The notes beneath the pieces were generated by a model. That model saw only the letters and a list, made by a program, of their open reading frames with translations. It did no database searches and was not told the origin of the DNA. Shown here piece by piece: positions 1 to 10,773 of a DNA stretch of 57,896 nucleotides (position 1 is the first letter of the stretch; every line of letters starts with the position of its first letter). A program made the translations under genes and the position numbers. The stretch is from an uncultured Terricaulis sp. Its GTDB lineage: Bacteria; Pseudomonadota; Alphaproteobacteria; Caulobacterales; Aquidulcibacteraceae. The stretch is taken from the NCBI GenBank assembly GCA_964446305.1, contig CAYUOC010000001.1:1502-59397 (forward strand). The letters are read 5' to 3'.

Positions 1-599
1 GCGTCTTTCCGATGGCGGAAAGCCGCGACGATGAAGGTTTCTTTATCGTCGACCCCGAATGGCGCTGCGTGTTTCCGCTGGACGGCTTTCATGTGCCCAA
101 GCGCCTGGCGCGGACACTGCGGCAAGACAAATTCAGTTTCACCATCAATCACGAGTTTGATCGCGTCATCGACGGCTGCGCGGCGCCCGGGAAGGATCGC
201 GAAGACACCTGGATCAATCCCGACATCCGCACGCTCTATTTGGAGCTGCACCGGCGTGGCCTGGCCCATAGCGTCGAGGCGCGGATTGGCGGCGAACTCG
301 TGGGCGGGCTTTATGGCGTGGCGCTCGGCGGCGCGTTCTTCGGCGAGAGTATGTTCTCGTGGGAAAGGGACGCGAGCAAGGTTGCGCTGGTGCATCTGGC
401 GGCGCGGCTGAAACGCGGCGGATTCAAGCTGCTCGACGCCCAGTTCATCACTCCACATTTGGAGCAGTTCGGCGCGCAAACGCTGCCGCGACGGATTTTT
501 CAGGCGCTGCTCGGGCTGGCGCTTGAGACCCACGGTGATTTCCGAGCGCTGCCGGTGGAGACGAAGGGCGCGGAGGTTCTGGAGATTTTGAAGAAGTAG
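1..599 (+). CDS. aat: Leucyl/phenylalanyl-tRNA--protein transferase (5'-truncated by window)
   Basis: Motifs (G)VFPMA, TWI, AHSVE, GGLYGVALGGAFFGESMFS, ASKVAL, LLDAQF. The frame is open upstream of base 12. Confidence 0.95.
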   Translation, partial: VFPMAESRDDEGFFIVDPEWRCVFPLDGFHVPKRLARTLRQDKFSFTINHEFDRVIDGCAAPGKDREDTWINPDIRTLYLELHRRGLAHSVEARIGGELVGGLYGVALGGAFFGESMFSWERDASKVALVHLAARLKRGGFKLLDAQFITPHLEQFGAQTLPRRIFQALLGLALETHGDFRALPVETKGAEVLEILKK

Positions 600-604
600 C
601 GATT

Positions 605-732
605 CCCCTTCTCCCTTGCGGAGAACGGGTTAAGGGATGAGGGGCGTTCAGCTTTCGCGCTGTCTGAAGAGCGCGCTTGTGTCTTCGCCCCTCACCCGCC
701 GCTTCGCGGCGCCCTCTCCGCGAGGGAGAGGG
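605..732. repeat. Palindromic intergenic repeat (CIR/RIME/REP-like) between convergent aat and serS
   Basis: Outer arms CCCTTCTCCCTTGCGGAGAACGGG / CCCTCTCCGCGAGGGAGAGGG and inner arms TGAGGGGCG / CGCCCCTCA are inverted repeats. A GANTC site lies at 601. Confidence 0.75.
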
Positions 733-741
733 CCCGGCTTA

Positions 742-2166
<1,425 letters not shown>

Positions 2167-2189
2167 TTAGCGGAAGGTGCGCGGGAGCG

Positions 2190-3029
2190 CTACGGGGCCG
2201 GCGGGTGGACGTCCGCAGATGCTTCCTCTTTCGCGCGCGTCTTTTCCATCGCGGCGACGATCCAGATGGAGATTTCGTAGAGCAGGTAAACCGGCACGGC
2301 CATGACGAACATGGAGATGACGTCGTTGGGGGTGACCAAAGCGGAGAACGCGGCGATGCCGACGATAGCGTAGCGGCGGCCCTTCTGCAGCAGCGAGGTC
2401 GAGACGATGCCGATGCGGCCGAGAAGCGAGAGCACGACTGGCAGTTGGAACATGAGGCCGAACGCCAGAACCAGCGTCGTGACCAAGCCCATATATTCTT
2501 CGACCTTCGGCAAGTAGGTCACTTGCACTGGGCCTTCGGTCACTTCCTGCGTCAGCGCGAAGTTCAACGCGAACGGCATGGCGACGTAGAAAACGAACGC
2601 CCCGCCCAGCGCGAACATGATCGGCGCGGCCAAGAGGAACGGCGCCACGGCGGCGCGCTCCTTCCGGTAGAGCCCAGGCGCAATGAAGGCGTAGGCCTGC
2701 CAGGCGATGACCGGAAACGCCGCCACGATGCCGCCGAAGAGCGCGATCTGCATTTTCACCGAGAAGAAGCCGAAGGCGCCCGTGTTGATCAGCTGGATCG
2801 CGTCGCCTGCCCGCTCCGGATGCGCCACGGCCATGGCCGTCTGGAACGGCTGGACCATGAACATGAAGATTGGATCGACGAAAATAAAGCAAACGATGAA
2901 ACCGACGACGATGGCGCCGACGGCCGTCATCAAGCGGTTGCGCAATTCGGCCAGGTGATCGAGCAGCGGCGCGCGCGAGGCTTCGATTTCCTCGTCGTCA
3001 GTGAGTTTCTTTTGCGTTGCCGTGCTCAC
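2190..3029 (-). CDS. tatC: Twin-arginine translocase subunit TatC
   Basis: PLLDHLAELRNRL, FIAPGLY, FQLPV, LLYEISI; six hydrophobic segments. Confidence 0.97.
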   Translation of the reverse strand: MSTATQKKLTDDEEIEASRAPLLDHLAELRNRLMTAVGAIVVGFIVCFIFVDPIFMFMVQPFQTAMAVAHPERAGDAIQLINTGAFGFFSVKMQIALFGGIVAAFPVIAWQAYAFIAPGLYRKERAAVAPFLLAAPIMFALGGAFVFYVAMPFALNFALTQEVTEGPVQVTYLPKVEEYMGLVTTLVLAFGLMFQLPVVLSLLGRIGIVSTSLLQKGRRYAIVGIAAFSALVTPNDVISMFVMAVPVYLLYEISIWIVAAMEKTRAKEEASADVHPPAP

Positions 3030-3523
3030 GGCACGCTCCGCGCGACTGGCGGGGCGACGTCTGCGTGCTCAGGAACGCCCGACTCTGTGGGCTTGGATTG
3101 CGCGTCTTCAGACGCGCTTGCCGGATCTGCGGATGGTTGCGGGTCTGAAGACCCGCGGTCCAAGAGCGGCTCGGCGGGCGCTTCGAGCGCCGGCGGCGGC
3201 GTTACTGCGGGCGCCGGGATAGCGGGTTGTGATTTTATGCCGGCGTAGTCTTCGAGCGTCGGCAGCGGCTTGGTGATCTCGCTGCGGATTTCCTGGAGCG
3301 AGGTGGTGCGGCGGAGCGCGTCGACTTCCTTCTTCAACTCGTCGAGTTCGGCCTGGCGCGCGAGTTCATCGAAGCCGGTGCGAAATTCTTGCGCCATGCC
3401 GCGCAGCTTCGCCGTCCACTTGCCGAGCTTGCGGAAGAGGAGCGGCAAATCCTTCGGCCCCACCACCACGAGGGCGAGGATGCCGAGAATGATGATCTCG
3501 TTGAAACCGAGACTTGGAAGCAT
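3026..3523 (-). CDS. tatB: Twin-arginine translocase subunit TatB
   Basis: EIIILGILALVVVGPKDLP, amphipathic helix, Pro-rich tail; lies between tatA and tatC. Confidence 0.95.
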   Translation of the reverse strand: MLPSLGFNEIIILGILALVVVGPKDLPLLFRKLGKWTAKLRGMAQEFRTGFDELARQAELDELKKEVDALRRTTSLQEIRSEITKPLPTLEDYAGIKSQPAIPAPAVTPPPALEAPAEPLLDRGSSDPQPSADPASASEDAQSKPTESGVPEHADVAPPVARSVP

Positions 3524-3549
3524 GAGCGGCTAACCCCGCGCGCGAGAGA

Positions 3550-3759
3550 TTACTGCGCGCGGTCTCCGTTGGTGCTCTGGTCGCGGACTTGGGCCGGCGG
3601 CGGCTCTTGCGCCGGCGGCGTATCGGGTTCGCTCAAGCCCTTGCGGAAGCCTTTGATGCCCTTGCCGAGGTCTTCCATGAGACCAGAGATACGGCCCGGA
3701 CGGCTGAACAGCAGGAACGCCAGCGCCAAGACGATCAGAAGCGGGATAAGCCCAGGCAT
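3550..3759 (-). CDS. tatA: Twin-arginine translocase subunit TatA
   Basis: TM helix followed by LMEDLGKGIKGFRKGL; start placed at MPGLIP. Confidence 0.92.
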   Translation of the reverse strand: MPGLIPLLIVLALAFLLFSRPGRISGLMEDLGKGIKGFRKGLSEPDTPPAQEPPPAQVRDQSTNGDRAQ

Positions 3760-3810
3760 ATGCATCGAACGGGTACTCCAAACTCTCAAAATGGCGCGGG
3801 AGGGTGCGCC

Positions 3811-4542
3811 CTATTCGTCTTCCAGATGATCCACGAAAAAGCTTGCCGCGTCGTCACCTGGGGACAGTGGTTCTTCGTCGCTGGCCATGTCCTCGGTTGG
3901 GCGCGGCACGTCAATGGCTTGCGCGGCCCGGGGATCGAGAAGGCCTAGCGCCTTGAGATCGTCCTTGCCCGGCAGAGCGTCAAGCGAGGCCAGGCCGAAT
4001 TGGCTCAGGAATGCGTCCGATGTGCCGAAGGTAAGCGGCCGGCCGGGGGTGCGGCGGCGGCCACGGGGGCGGATCCAGCCGATCTCCAGCAAGAGCTCCA
4101 TGGAGCCGCGCGAGAGGCTGACGCCCCGGATTTCCTCGATTTCGGCCCGAGTGACTGGTTGGTGGTATGCAATAACCGCCAACGTCTCCATTGCGGCCTT
4201 GGGCAGCTTCCGGGGGGCTTCACGGGTTTCGGCGAAGAGGCTCGAAAGATCGGGTGCGGACTGGAAGCGCCAGGCGCCCCCTGCTTCGACAAGCTGGACG
4301 CCGCGCTCTGCATAGTCGGCCTTGAGCTTCATCAACACCGCGGCGACGTCGACGGCGGGGCCGAGCTTTTCGCCGAGGGCTTTAGCGGTGATCGGTTCGC
4401 CGCCAGCGAAAAGCAACGCTTCGGCGGCACGGATGGCGTCGGCGCTAGGTTCGGCGCGCGGGCGCTCTTCCCCGCCTTCGGCGAAGGCATCTTCGATGCG
4501 GCGCATCTGGTCGGCGACCGGGGTTTCGTTCTCAGCGCTCAT
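3811..4542 (-). CDS. scpB: SMC-Scp complex subunit ScpB
   Basis: EALLFA, ETLAVIAYHQPVTRAEIEEIRGV, GRRRTPGRP. ATG at 4542 overlaps the scpA stop. Confidence 0.96.
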   Translation of the reverse strand: MSAENETPVADQMRRIEDAFAEGGEERPRAEPSADAIRAAEALLFAGGEPITAKALGEKLGPAVDVAAVLMKLKADYAERGVQLVEAGGAWRFQSAPDLSSLFAETREAPRKLPKAAMETLAVIAYHQPVTRAEIEEIRGVSLSRGSMELLLEIGWIRPRGRRRTPGRPLTFGTSDAFLSQFGLASLDALPGKDDLKALGLLDPRAAQAIDVPRPTEDMASDEEPLSPGDDAASFFVDHLEDE

Positions 4543-5357
4543 TCTGCGCTTCCATTCTGGACTGGCTTGGCGCGCACGAATAGCGGCGCGAACGCTTCGG
4601 CTTGCCGCAGTTCGAGCTTGGACTCGCGGGCGAGTTCCAAGGCGGCGCCGAAGGTGGAGGCGAGATAGGATTCCGCCGGTGGCGCGTCTGGGCCAGTTTC
4701 GGTGACCTGGGCGACGGTGTTGATGGCGCTCCATTCTTCGAGCTTAGTCAGCGCCTGTTCGAGCTTCTTACGCGCGGTTTCCAGAGGATAGGCGCGACGC
4801 ACGAAGGTGCGGTAGGCGCGCTTGCGGATGCTCTTGGAGCGATCGGCGCAATAGGCGTTGAGCAATTCGTAGAGATCGGCCTTCCAGACGGTCTGCTTGG
4901 TGAGCACCGTGGGTTGCGGCTGGCCGTTGAGGAAGACGTCGCGATTGAGCTGCGGCGTCTCTTCGAGCTTCTTGGCCATCGCGCGGGCGGTGGCGAGGTT
5001 CATCAGCTTCTGACGCAGCGCTTCTTCAAGCTGGAGGGGGTCTGGCTCGTCGGCTGGCAGTTGCGGTTTCGGGATGAGGAGCCGCGATTTGATCAGCGCT
5101 AGCCAGGCGGCCATCACCAGATAATCGCCGGCAATCTCCATGTTGTGGGCGCGGGCTTCTTCGATGAAGGCGAGATACTGATCGGCGATCTCGCCGACAG
5201 AAACCTTGGCGATGTCGATCTTCTTGCTGCGCGCGAGCTCCAAGAGCAGATGCAGCGGACCTTCGAACGCATCGAGCGCCAGCAGAAGCGCTTCGCGCCC
5301 TTCCGCCTCCTCGGCGGCGCCGAGGTCGAGTTCCAGTGTTTCCGCGTCTTCGCTCAT
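4539..5357 (-). CDS. scpA: Segregation/condensation protein ScpA
   Basis: FEGPLHLLLEL, DYLVMAAWLALIKSRLL, STFGAALEL. Confidence 0.96.
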   Translation of the reverse strand: MSEDAETLELDLGAAEEAEGREALLLALDAFEGPLHLLLELARSKKIDIAKVSVGEIADQYLAFIEEARAHNMEIAGDYLVMAAWLALIKSRLLIPKPQLPADEPDPLQLEEALRQKLMNLATARAMAKKLEETPQLNRDVFLNGQPQPTVLTKQTVWKADLYELLNAYCADRSKSIRKRAYRTFVRRAYPLETARKKLEQALTKLEEWSAINTVAQVTETGPDAPPAESYLASTFGAALELARESKLELRQAEAFAPLFVRAKPVQNGSAE

Positions 5358-5366
5358 CTTTTTCGA

Positions 5367-5464
5367 GTCATTCCAGGCGGAGCGAAGCGGAGACCTGGAA
5401 CCCAGGGCAACGGCTCCATCATTGGCCCTGGGTTCCGGATCGCGCTCCGCGCGTCCGCAATGAC
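5367..5464. repeat. Palindromic REP-like intergenic repeat (GTCATTCC...AATGAC type)
   Basis: Termini GTCATT/AATGAC and inner arms GGAACCCAGGGC/GCCCTGGGTTCC. Confidence 0.75.
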
Positions 5465-5478
5465 TTAGCTTGTTTGAC

Positions 5479-6492
5479 CTAGGTGTTCAGCAATTCTTTG
5501 AACCGCGCCCAGCCTGCTTCGGCGTCGAATTCGCGCGGCGGGCGTTTTGCGAAGGCTTCTACAGCGCGGGCGCGAACCATAGGCAGGCCGTCGAGTTCGC
5601 GGCAGCCCTTCGCGGTTGTCTGCATTTCTTGAAGATTGCCGGAGCACTGCAGCACCACGTCGCAGCCGGCGCCGAGGGCGGCTTCGGCGCGCTCCTTGAG
5701 GCCGCCATTCATGGCGTATTGCAGCGCATGCATATCGAGATCGTCGCTCATCAGCATGCCTTGGAAGCCGATGCGCTTGCGGATGATCTCGTCGATCACG
5801 AACGGCGAACATGTGGCCGGGCGATCTGCGTCCCAGGCTTCGAAGACGATGTGCGCCGTCATCGCGGCTTCGGCATCCGCGAGTTCCGCGAAGGGGAAGA
5901 CGTCGTTGGCGAGATCGATTTCCTTGGCGGCGACTTTCGGCAGCGCGAGGTGGCTGTCGGCGGTCGCGCGGCCATGGCCCGGCATGTGTTTGATGCAGCC
6001 CGCGACGCCGCCATCGTGCATGCCTTCCAGCGCGGCCCGCGCGAGCAACGCAACTTCCCTCGGATCAGCCGAAAACGCGCGGTCGCCGACGATTTTGTCG
6101 GAGCCTTCGACGGGCACATCGAGGATCGGCGCGAAATCGCCGTCGATGCCGATGTCGCGCAGTTCGTGCGCGATGAGGCGATAGCCTAGGCGCGCTGCCT
6201 CGCGGCCTGCGGCTTTGTCCTTGGAGTAGATCTCGCCAAACTTCCCGGCGGCGGGCCACACTGGCCACTCAGGCGCTTTCAGGCGCGCGACGCGGCCGCC
6301 TTCTTGGTCGATCCAGATAATCGGATCGTGGGCGACGGTATCGCGAAGCTCAGCATTCAGCGCGCGCACTTGGTCGCGGCTGACGCACGCTTCGCGGAAG
6401 AGGATGAATCCCCACGGCTTCGCGTCGCGGAAGAACGCGCGCGTTTCGTTATCGAGCTTTGGTTGGCGGAGACCGAGGAGACACGAAAGCAT
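5479..6492 (-). CDS. nagZ: Beta-N-acetylhexosaminidase (GH3)
   Basis: IDQEGGRVARL, KHMPGHG..ADSH, MSDDLDM. Confidence 0.96.
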   Translation of the reverse strand: MLSCLLGLRQPKLDNETRAFFRDAKPWGFILFREACVSRDQVRALNAELRDTVAHDPIIWIDQEGGRVARLKAPEWPVWPAAGKFGEIYSKDKAAGREAARLGYRLIAHELRDIGIDGDFAPILDVPVEGSDKIVGDRAFSADPREVALLARAALEGMHDGGVAGCIKHMPGHGRATADSHLALPKVAAKEIDLANDVFPFAELADAEAAMTAHIVFEAWDADRPATCSPFVIDEIIRKRIGFQGMLMSDDLDMHALQYAMNGGLKERAEAALGAGCDVVLQCSGNLQEMQTTAKGCRELDGLPMVRARAVEAFAKRPPREFDAEAGWARFKELLNT

Positions 6493-6501
6493 CAGCGCCT
6501 C

Positions 6502-7074
6502 TTAGCGGGCCGCGACGATGCAGTCCTGCCCCATTTGCCGTATGCGCTCGCAGAACAGCGTGGCGTCGTCGCTGGTGGCGAAATACCCAGCGCGGACGCG
6601 GTGATAGACGCCACGCGAGCCGAGGTCGGCGCGCTGCACATCCATATGCGCGCCCGCGAACAGATTAGGCGCGCGCGACGCAAAACGCCGCCAGGACGGC
6701 TCGACCGCCGCTTCCGATTGCAGCGCGGCAAGCTGCGCAACGTAGCGGCCATTCGATGCAAACTGCGGCATGACCGCGGACGGTTCAGGGCGCGGGTTGA
6801 GTTCGACCATCGGACCTTCTTCCGCGGGCGCGAGCGGCGCCGGCGGTGCGGTGGTTGTCTCGACCAGACTCTGTTGTGGCGGCGGCGCGGGCGGTGGCTC
6901 GATCTTGTAGGGGCCGCTTTGGGCGGTGATGCGCGGCACTTCCGGCGCGCTGTAGAGCTGCCACAGGAAACCGCCGAAGCAGACCGCGATGACGATCATC
7001 AGCACATAGAGCACGCCGGCGTGACGCGACTGGTCGTCGTACGCATGCATGCGTGGATCGTAGCTTCTGCTCAC
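6502..7074 (-). CDS. SPOR-domain membrane protein, FtsN-like
   Basis: Single TM, Pro-rich linker, C-terminal SPOR domain (VAQLAA...YHRVRAG...FC...C). Its position between dgt and nagZ matches alphaproteobacterial ftsN. Confidence 0.8.
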   Translation of the reverse strand: MSRSYDPRMHAYDDQSRHAGVLYVLMIVIAVCFGGFLWQLYSAPEVPRITAQSGPYKIEPPPAPPPQQSLVETTTAPPAPLAPAEEGPMVELNPRPEPSAVMPQFASNGRYVAQLAALQSEAAVEPSWRRFASRAPNLFAGAHMDVQRADLGSRGVYHRVRAGYFATSDDATLFCERIRQMGQDCIVAAR

Positions 7075-7189
7075 GTCGCGCTCTCCGGAATCGCAAGACG
7101 TTGTTTACCACGGCGCACCTTCACCCCTGCTTAACGGGGCGGAGAGCAGCCATGCATGAATCCATAATTCCGGAGGCGTAACGGAGTGG

Positions 7190-8362
7190 TTAGCGCTCGA
7201 GCCGGAACAGGCGCTTGTGTTCGTCGATGGCGAAATCGTCGGTCATGCCGGCGATGTAGTCGCAGACGCGGCGCGCGGTGCGTTGGCCGCGCGGGCCGTC
7301 ACCGCCCTCTTGCCAGTTCGGCGGCAGAAGTTCCGGCTCCGCGATAAACAGATCGAAAAGCTGGCGGATGATGCGCTTGGCGTGGCTGCGCGAGCGATTG
7401 ACCTTCCAGTGACGGTACATGCGCGCCATGAGGAAGCGACGGAGGACGGCTTGGTGCTCGTTCATTTCGTCGGAAAAGCCGATCAGTGGCATGCCGGCGG
7501 CGCGGACGTCTTCAACGCTTTCGGGCTTTGCCTTGGCGATGCGGTTGCCGGATTCCCAAACGAGATCGTCGATCCAGACGCCGATCAGGCGGCGGATGGT
7601 TTCGGCTGAGGTGCGGAATTCGTCCACACCAGGGTGATCGCGCTCGACTGTGAGCAGCACGCGCTCGACCATCGGCACCTCTTCGCGCAGCTCTTGCAGC
7701 GAGAAGAGGCCAGCGCGGAGACCATCGTCAATATCGTGATTGTTGTAGGCGACGTCATCGGCGTGGGCCGCGACTTGCGCTTCGAGGCTCGGCCATGAGT
7801 CGAGTTCGAGATCGTGAGTTTGGTTATATTCCTGGATCGCAATCGGCAGGTCTTCGAGCTTTTGCCCGTAGCGGATCAGTGGGCCATTGTGTTTGACGAC
7901 GCCTTCGAGCGTTTCCCAGGTGAGATTCAAACCGTCGAACAGCGGATACTTGCGTTCGAGCTTGGTGAGGACGCGCAGCGTCTGCGCATTGTGATCGAAG
8001 CCCTGATAGCCGTCCATGCAGGCGTCGAGCACGTCTTCGCCGGTGTGGCCGAACGGCGGGTGACCGAGATCGTGGGCGATGCCGAGGGTTTCGGCGAGAT
8101 CGTCGTCGAGCCCCATGACGCGGGCGACGCTGCGGGCGATCTGGGCGACTTCAAGGGAGTGCGTGAGACGCGTGCGGTAATGATCGCCCTCGTGGGCGAC
8201 GAAAACTTGGGTCTTGCCGCGCAAGCGCCGGAAGGCGCCGGAATGGACAATCCGGTCGCGGTCGCGCTCGTAGGGCGTGCGCGTCTTGCTTTCCGGTTCT
8301 TCATGCAGACGGCCGCGCGAACGGGCTGGATCGGTGGCATAAGGGGCGCGCGGCGGGCGCAC
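7190..8362 (-). CDS. dgt: Deoxyguanosinetriphosphate triphosphohydrolase
   Basis: RDRDRIVHS, KTQVF, RTRLTHSLEV, HDLGHPPFGH, DYIAGMTD. GTG start chosen downstream of an AAGGAGG RBS. Confidence 0.95.
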   Translation of the reverse strand: MRPPRAPYATDPARSRGRLHEEPESKTRTPYERDRDRIVHSGAFRRLRGKTQVFVAHEGDHYRTRLTHSLEVAQIARSVARVMGLDDDLAETLGIAHDLGHPPFGHTGEDVLDACMDGYQGFDHNAQTLRVLTKLERKYPLFDGLNLTWETLEGVVKHNGPLIRYGQKLEDLPIAIQEYNQTHDLELDSWPSLEAQVAAHADDVAYNNHDIDDGLRAGLFSLQELREEVPMVERVLLTVERDHPGVDEFRTSAETIRRLIGVWIDDLVWESGNRIAKAKPESVEDVRAAGMPLIGFSDEMNEHQAVLRRFLMARMYRHWKVNRSRSHAKRIIRQLFDLFIAEPELLPPNWQEGGDGPRGQRTARRVCDYIAGMTDDFAIDEHKRLFRLER

Positions 8363-8504
8363 GAAAGGCGGCCCCTCCTTGAGGGCCCTCGCCTTTTTCA
8401 CTGCTTTCTGCCCGTTAGCCACGAACCGGCTTCTCCTCACGTTCAGACCGGGATCATATATAGGGCCTACCACTTGAGAAACGCCCAAAGGTCACTGTTA
8501 ACGA

Positions 8505-8831
8505 ATGACTGACGTCGCCCTCTCCGCCTCCGCCGCTGAGCGGATCAAGTCCGTAGTTTCGGGCGAGCCCGCCGGCGCGGGATTACGCGTGGCTGTCGAG
8601 GGCGGAGGGTGTTCAGGGTTCCAGTATGAGATTGGTGTGGCGACCGCCGCCAACCCCGACGATCTGGTGATCGAGCGCGACGGCGCGCGGCTCTTTATCG
8701 ACCCGGTTTCGTTGCCGTTTCTGTTGGGCTCGGAGGTCGATTGGGTCGATGAGCTGATCGGCGCTTCGTTCAAAGTGAAAAATCCGAACGCGACGTCAGC
8801 CTGCGGCTGCGGCGTCAGCTTCTCGGTTTGA
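8505..8831 (+). CDS. erpA: Iron-sulfur cluster insertion protein (ErpA/HesB family)
   Basis: LRVAVEGGGCSGFQY, NPNA..CGCG.SF. Confidence 0.9.
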   Translation: MTDVALSASAAERIKSVVSGEPAGAGLRVAVEGGGCSGFQYEIGVATAANPDDLVIERDGARLFIDPVSLPFLLGSEVDWVDELIGASFKVKNPNATSACGCGVSFSV

Positions 8832-9460
8832 TGTTCGGCGGCCGCTCTACACTCGAAAAGGGCCTCGACGCGTTCGAGAAGAGCGACTGGAAGCGCTCAC
8901 GCAAACTGCTCGAAGAAGCACTGCAAGACGAGCCCCGGCCGGCGGGGTTCTACCATCTCGGTGTCCTGTATTGGCGCGGGCTTGGCGGCGCGGTCGATAA
9001 AGCCGCGGCCGTCGATTGCTTTGAGCGCGGCGCCGAGTTCGGCCACCCCGGCGCACAGACAGCCTATGGCATCGCGCTGCGCTCCGGCGTGGGCGTGGTG
9101 AAGAACAACGCAGCGGCGGAAACGCAGTTTCGCTCAGCCGCCGGCGGCGGCGATCGCGAAGCCATGGTGCAACTTGCGACGATGAGCCCGCCTGATGAAG
9201 CACGGCGCTGGCTGATGCGCGCGTCGGAGCTAGGCTATGCACCGGCCATGTTGCATCTCTCCGACATGCTGATGCAGCGCGATCCGGTCGAGGCGCTCTC
9301 CTGGCTTTATGCGTCGGTGACGCTTTCGGCCGATGATGCGGCGCGCAAGCGCGCGGGCGCGCTGGCGGCGGAAATGAGCGCCAAGGAAATCGAGCAGGCG
9401 CAGAAGTTCGGGCGCGAGTATGCGCGGGAAATCAGGGATAAGACGCAAGGGCGGAAATAG
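8831..9460 (+). CDS. Sel1-like repeat protein
   Basis: LGVLYWRGLG, AAVDCFERGAEFG, GVGVVKN, WLMRASELG repeats. Confidence 0.85.
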   Translation: MFGGRSTLEKGLDAFEKSDWKRSRKLLEEALQDEPRPAGFYHLGVLYWRGLGGAVDKAAAVDCFERGAEFGHPGAQTAYGIALRSGVGVVKNNAAAETQFRSAAGGGDREAMVQLATMSPPDEARRWLMRASELGYAPAMLHLSDMLMQRDPVEALSWLYASVTLSADDAARKRAGALAAEMSAKEIEQAQKFGREYAREIRDKTQGRK

Positions 9461-9517
9461 CGCCTCACCTTGCGGCGCCGCTGGCCGGTTTGGCGTCAGC
9501 GGTCCATACCTACGCGC

Positions 9518-10177
9518 ATGAATGTCGATGAAGCCCTGAAGACGCGGATTTCGGTTCGCGCGTTTAAACCCGACCCGATCCCGGAAGCGTTGGTACGCGA
9601 CATTCTTGAGGTCGCGCGCTTTGCCCCTTCGGGCGGGAATTTGCAGCCTTGGAAGGTGATCGCGGTCGCGGGCGCCGAGCGCGACGCTGTGGTGGCGCTG
9701 GCGAAGGCGAACTTGCCGGGCGATGAAGGCGAGCGGCTGGTTTACCCGCACAATCTTTGGGAGCCCTATCGCACGCGGCGCTACAAGCTCGGCGAGGACA
9801 TGTACGCGTTGCTCGGCATCCCGCGCGAGAACAAACCGGGGCGGCTGATGCATCTGGCGCAGAACTTCGAATTCTTCGGCGCGCCGGTTGGGCTCTTCTT
9901 CGTCATCGACAAAGCCATGGGGCACGGTCAGTGGGCGCACATGGGCATGTTCATGCAAAGCGTCGCGCTCGCGGCGCTCGAGCGCGGGGTGCAGAGCTGC
10001 ATGCAGGAAGCGTGGGCGCGGATGCGCACGCCGCTCGCGGCGCACTTTGCACTGATCGACGAGGAAATGATCTATTGCGGCATGGCGCTGGGTTACGCCG
10101 ACATGAGCAAACCGGTGAACACGCTGCGCGCCGATCGCGCGAGCGTCGATGAAATCGCTACATTTCGGGGTTTCTAG
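9518..10177 (+). CDS. Nitroreductase family protein
   Basis: RISVRAF, APSGGNLQPW, FFGAP, GMALGY. Confidence 0.92.
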   Translation: MNVDEALKTRISVRAFKPDPIPEALVRDILEVARFAPSGGNLQPWKVIAVAGAERDAVVALAKANLPGDEGERLVYPHNLWEPYRTRRYKLGEDMYALLGIPRENKPGRLMHLAQNFEFFGAPVGLFFVIDKAMGHGQWAHMGMFMQSVALAALERGVQSCMQEAWARMRTPLAAHFALIDEEMIYCGMALGYADMSKPVNTLRADRASVDEIATFRGF

Positions 10178-10500
10178 TTGCTGCGCGCGTTGCCCAGCAC
10201 ACCATCCTCAGCAAAGTCGACGATCGCGAAGAGCAGACCCATGAGCACGAGCCAGCCAATCGGCGCGAGCAGCATCGGGATGGCGTGGTGGTGGCCGGTG
10301 GCGTACGCGCCCCAGGCTGACTTCACGCCGACAAACGCAGCGATCGGGTAAATCCAGCAGAGAAACTCCGCCACCAACAGAGCCAGCGGCGAACGCCAAT
10401 GCGAGCGTTCGAGCGGCGTGAGCAGCCGTAGCGCGAGCCCCAAACTCGCGAGCCCGACTACGACATGGAACAGAGTGAAGGCCCACAGAATTACAGTCAT
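10174..10500 (-). CDS. Small membrane protein of unknown function (3 TM)
   Basis: 108-aa ORF with three hydrophobic segments and an ATG start; fills the intergenic space. Confidence 0.7.
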   Translation of the reverse strand: MTVILWAFTLFHVVVGLASLGLALRLLTPLERSHWRSPLALLVAEFLCWIYPIAAFVGVKSAWGAYATGHHHAIPMLLAPIGWLVLMGLLFAIVDFAEDGVLGNARSN

Positions 10501-10589
10501 AGCGCCCCTATATCACGGCGCTGGAATTTTGGCTCCCCCGGCGCCGGACAGGATGACAATGTTCGCGCCGGGCGCAACGGAGACGACCG

Positions 10590-10742
10590 ATGAGCGCTCG
10601 CAAGGTCGAAGACCACGTCGAAGTGAACGAAGAAGAGGTCCGCGCCGGCCAAACTGGCGTCGGCGTACGCTATGTGCTGATCGCAGGCGTTGTGCTGGTT
10701 GTGATCGGCTTTGCCGCCGTCGCTTTGGGCTGGTTCGGTTGA
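10590..10742 (+). CDS. 50-aa single-TM small protein (not in ORF track)
   Basis: MSARKVEDHVEVNEEEVRAGQTGVGVRYVLIAGVVLVVIGFAAVALGWFG, translated by hand; GGAGA RBS at 10579. Confidence 0.8.
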   Translation: MSARKVEDHVEVNEEEVRAGQTGVGVRYVLIAGVVLVVIGFAAVALGWFG

Positions 10743-10773
10743 ACTAGGCGCCGGGCGCGGCTAAGCCGCGTGG

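Noticed and set aside
7075-7189. CtrA box upstream of the FtsN-like gene; apparent absence of argS
   Set aside because: Only a TTAA half-site is present, with no TTAA-N7-TTAA. Direct dgt-SPOR adjacency is recalled as normal in Caulobacter.
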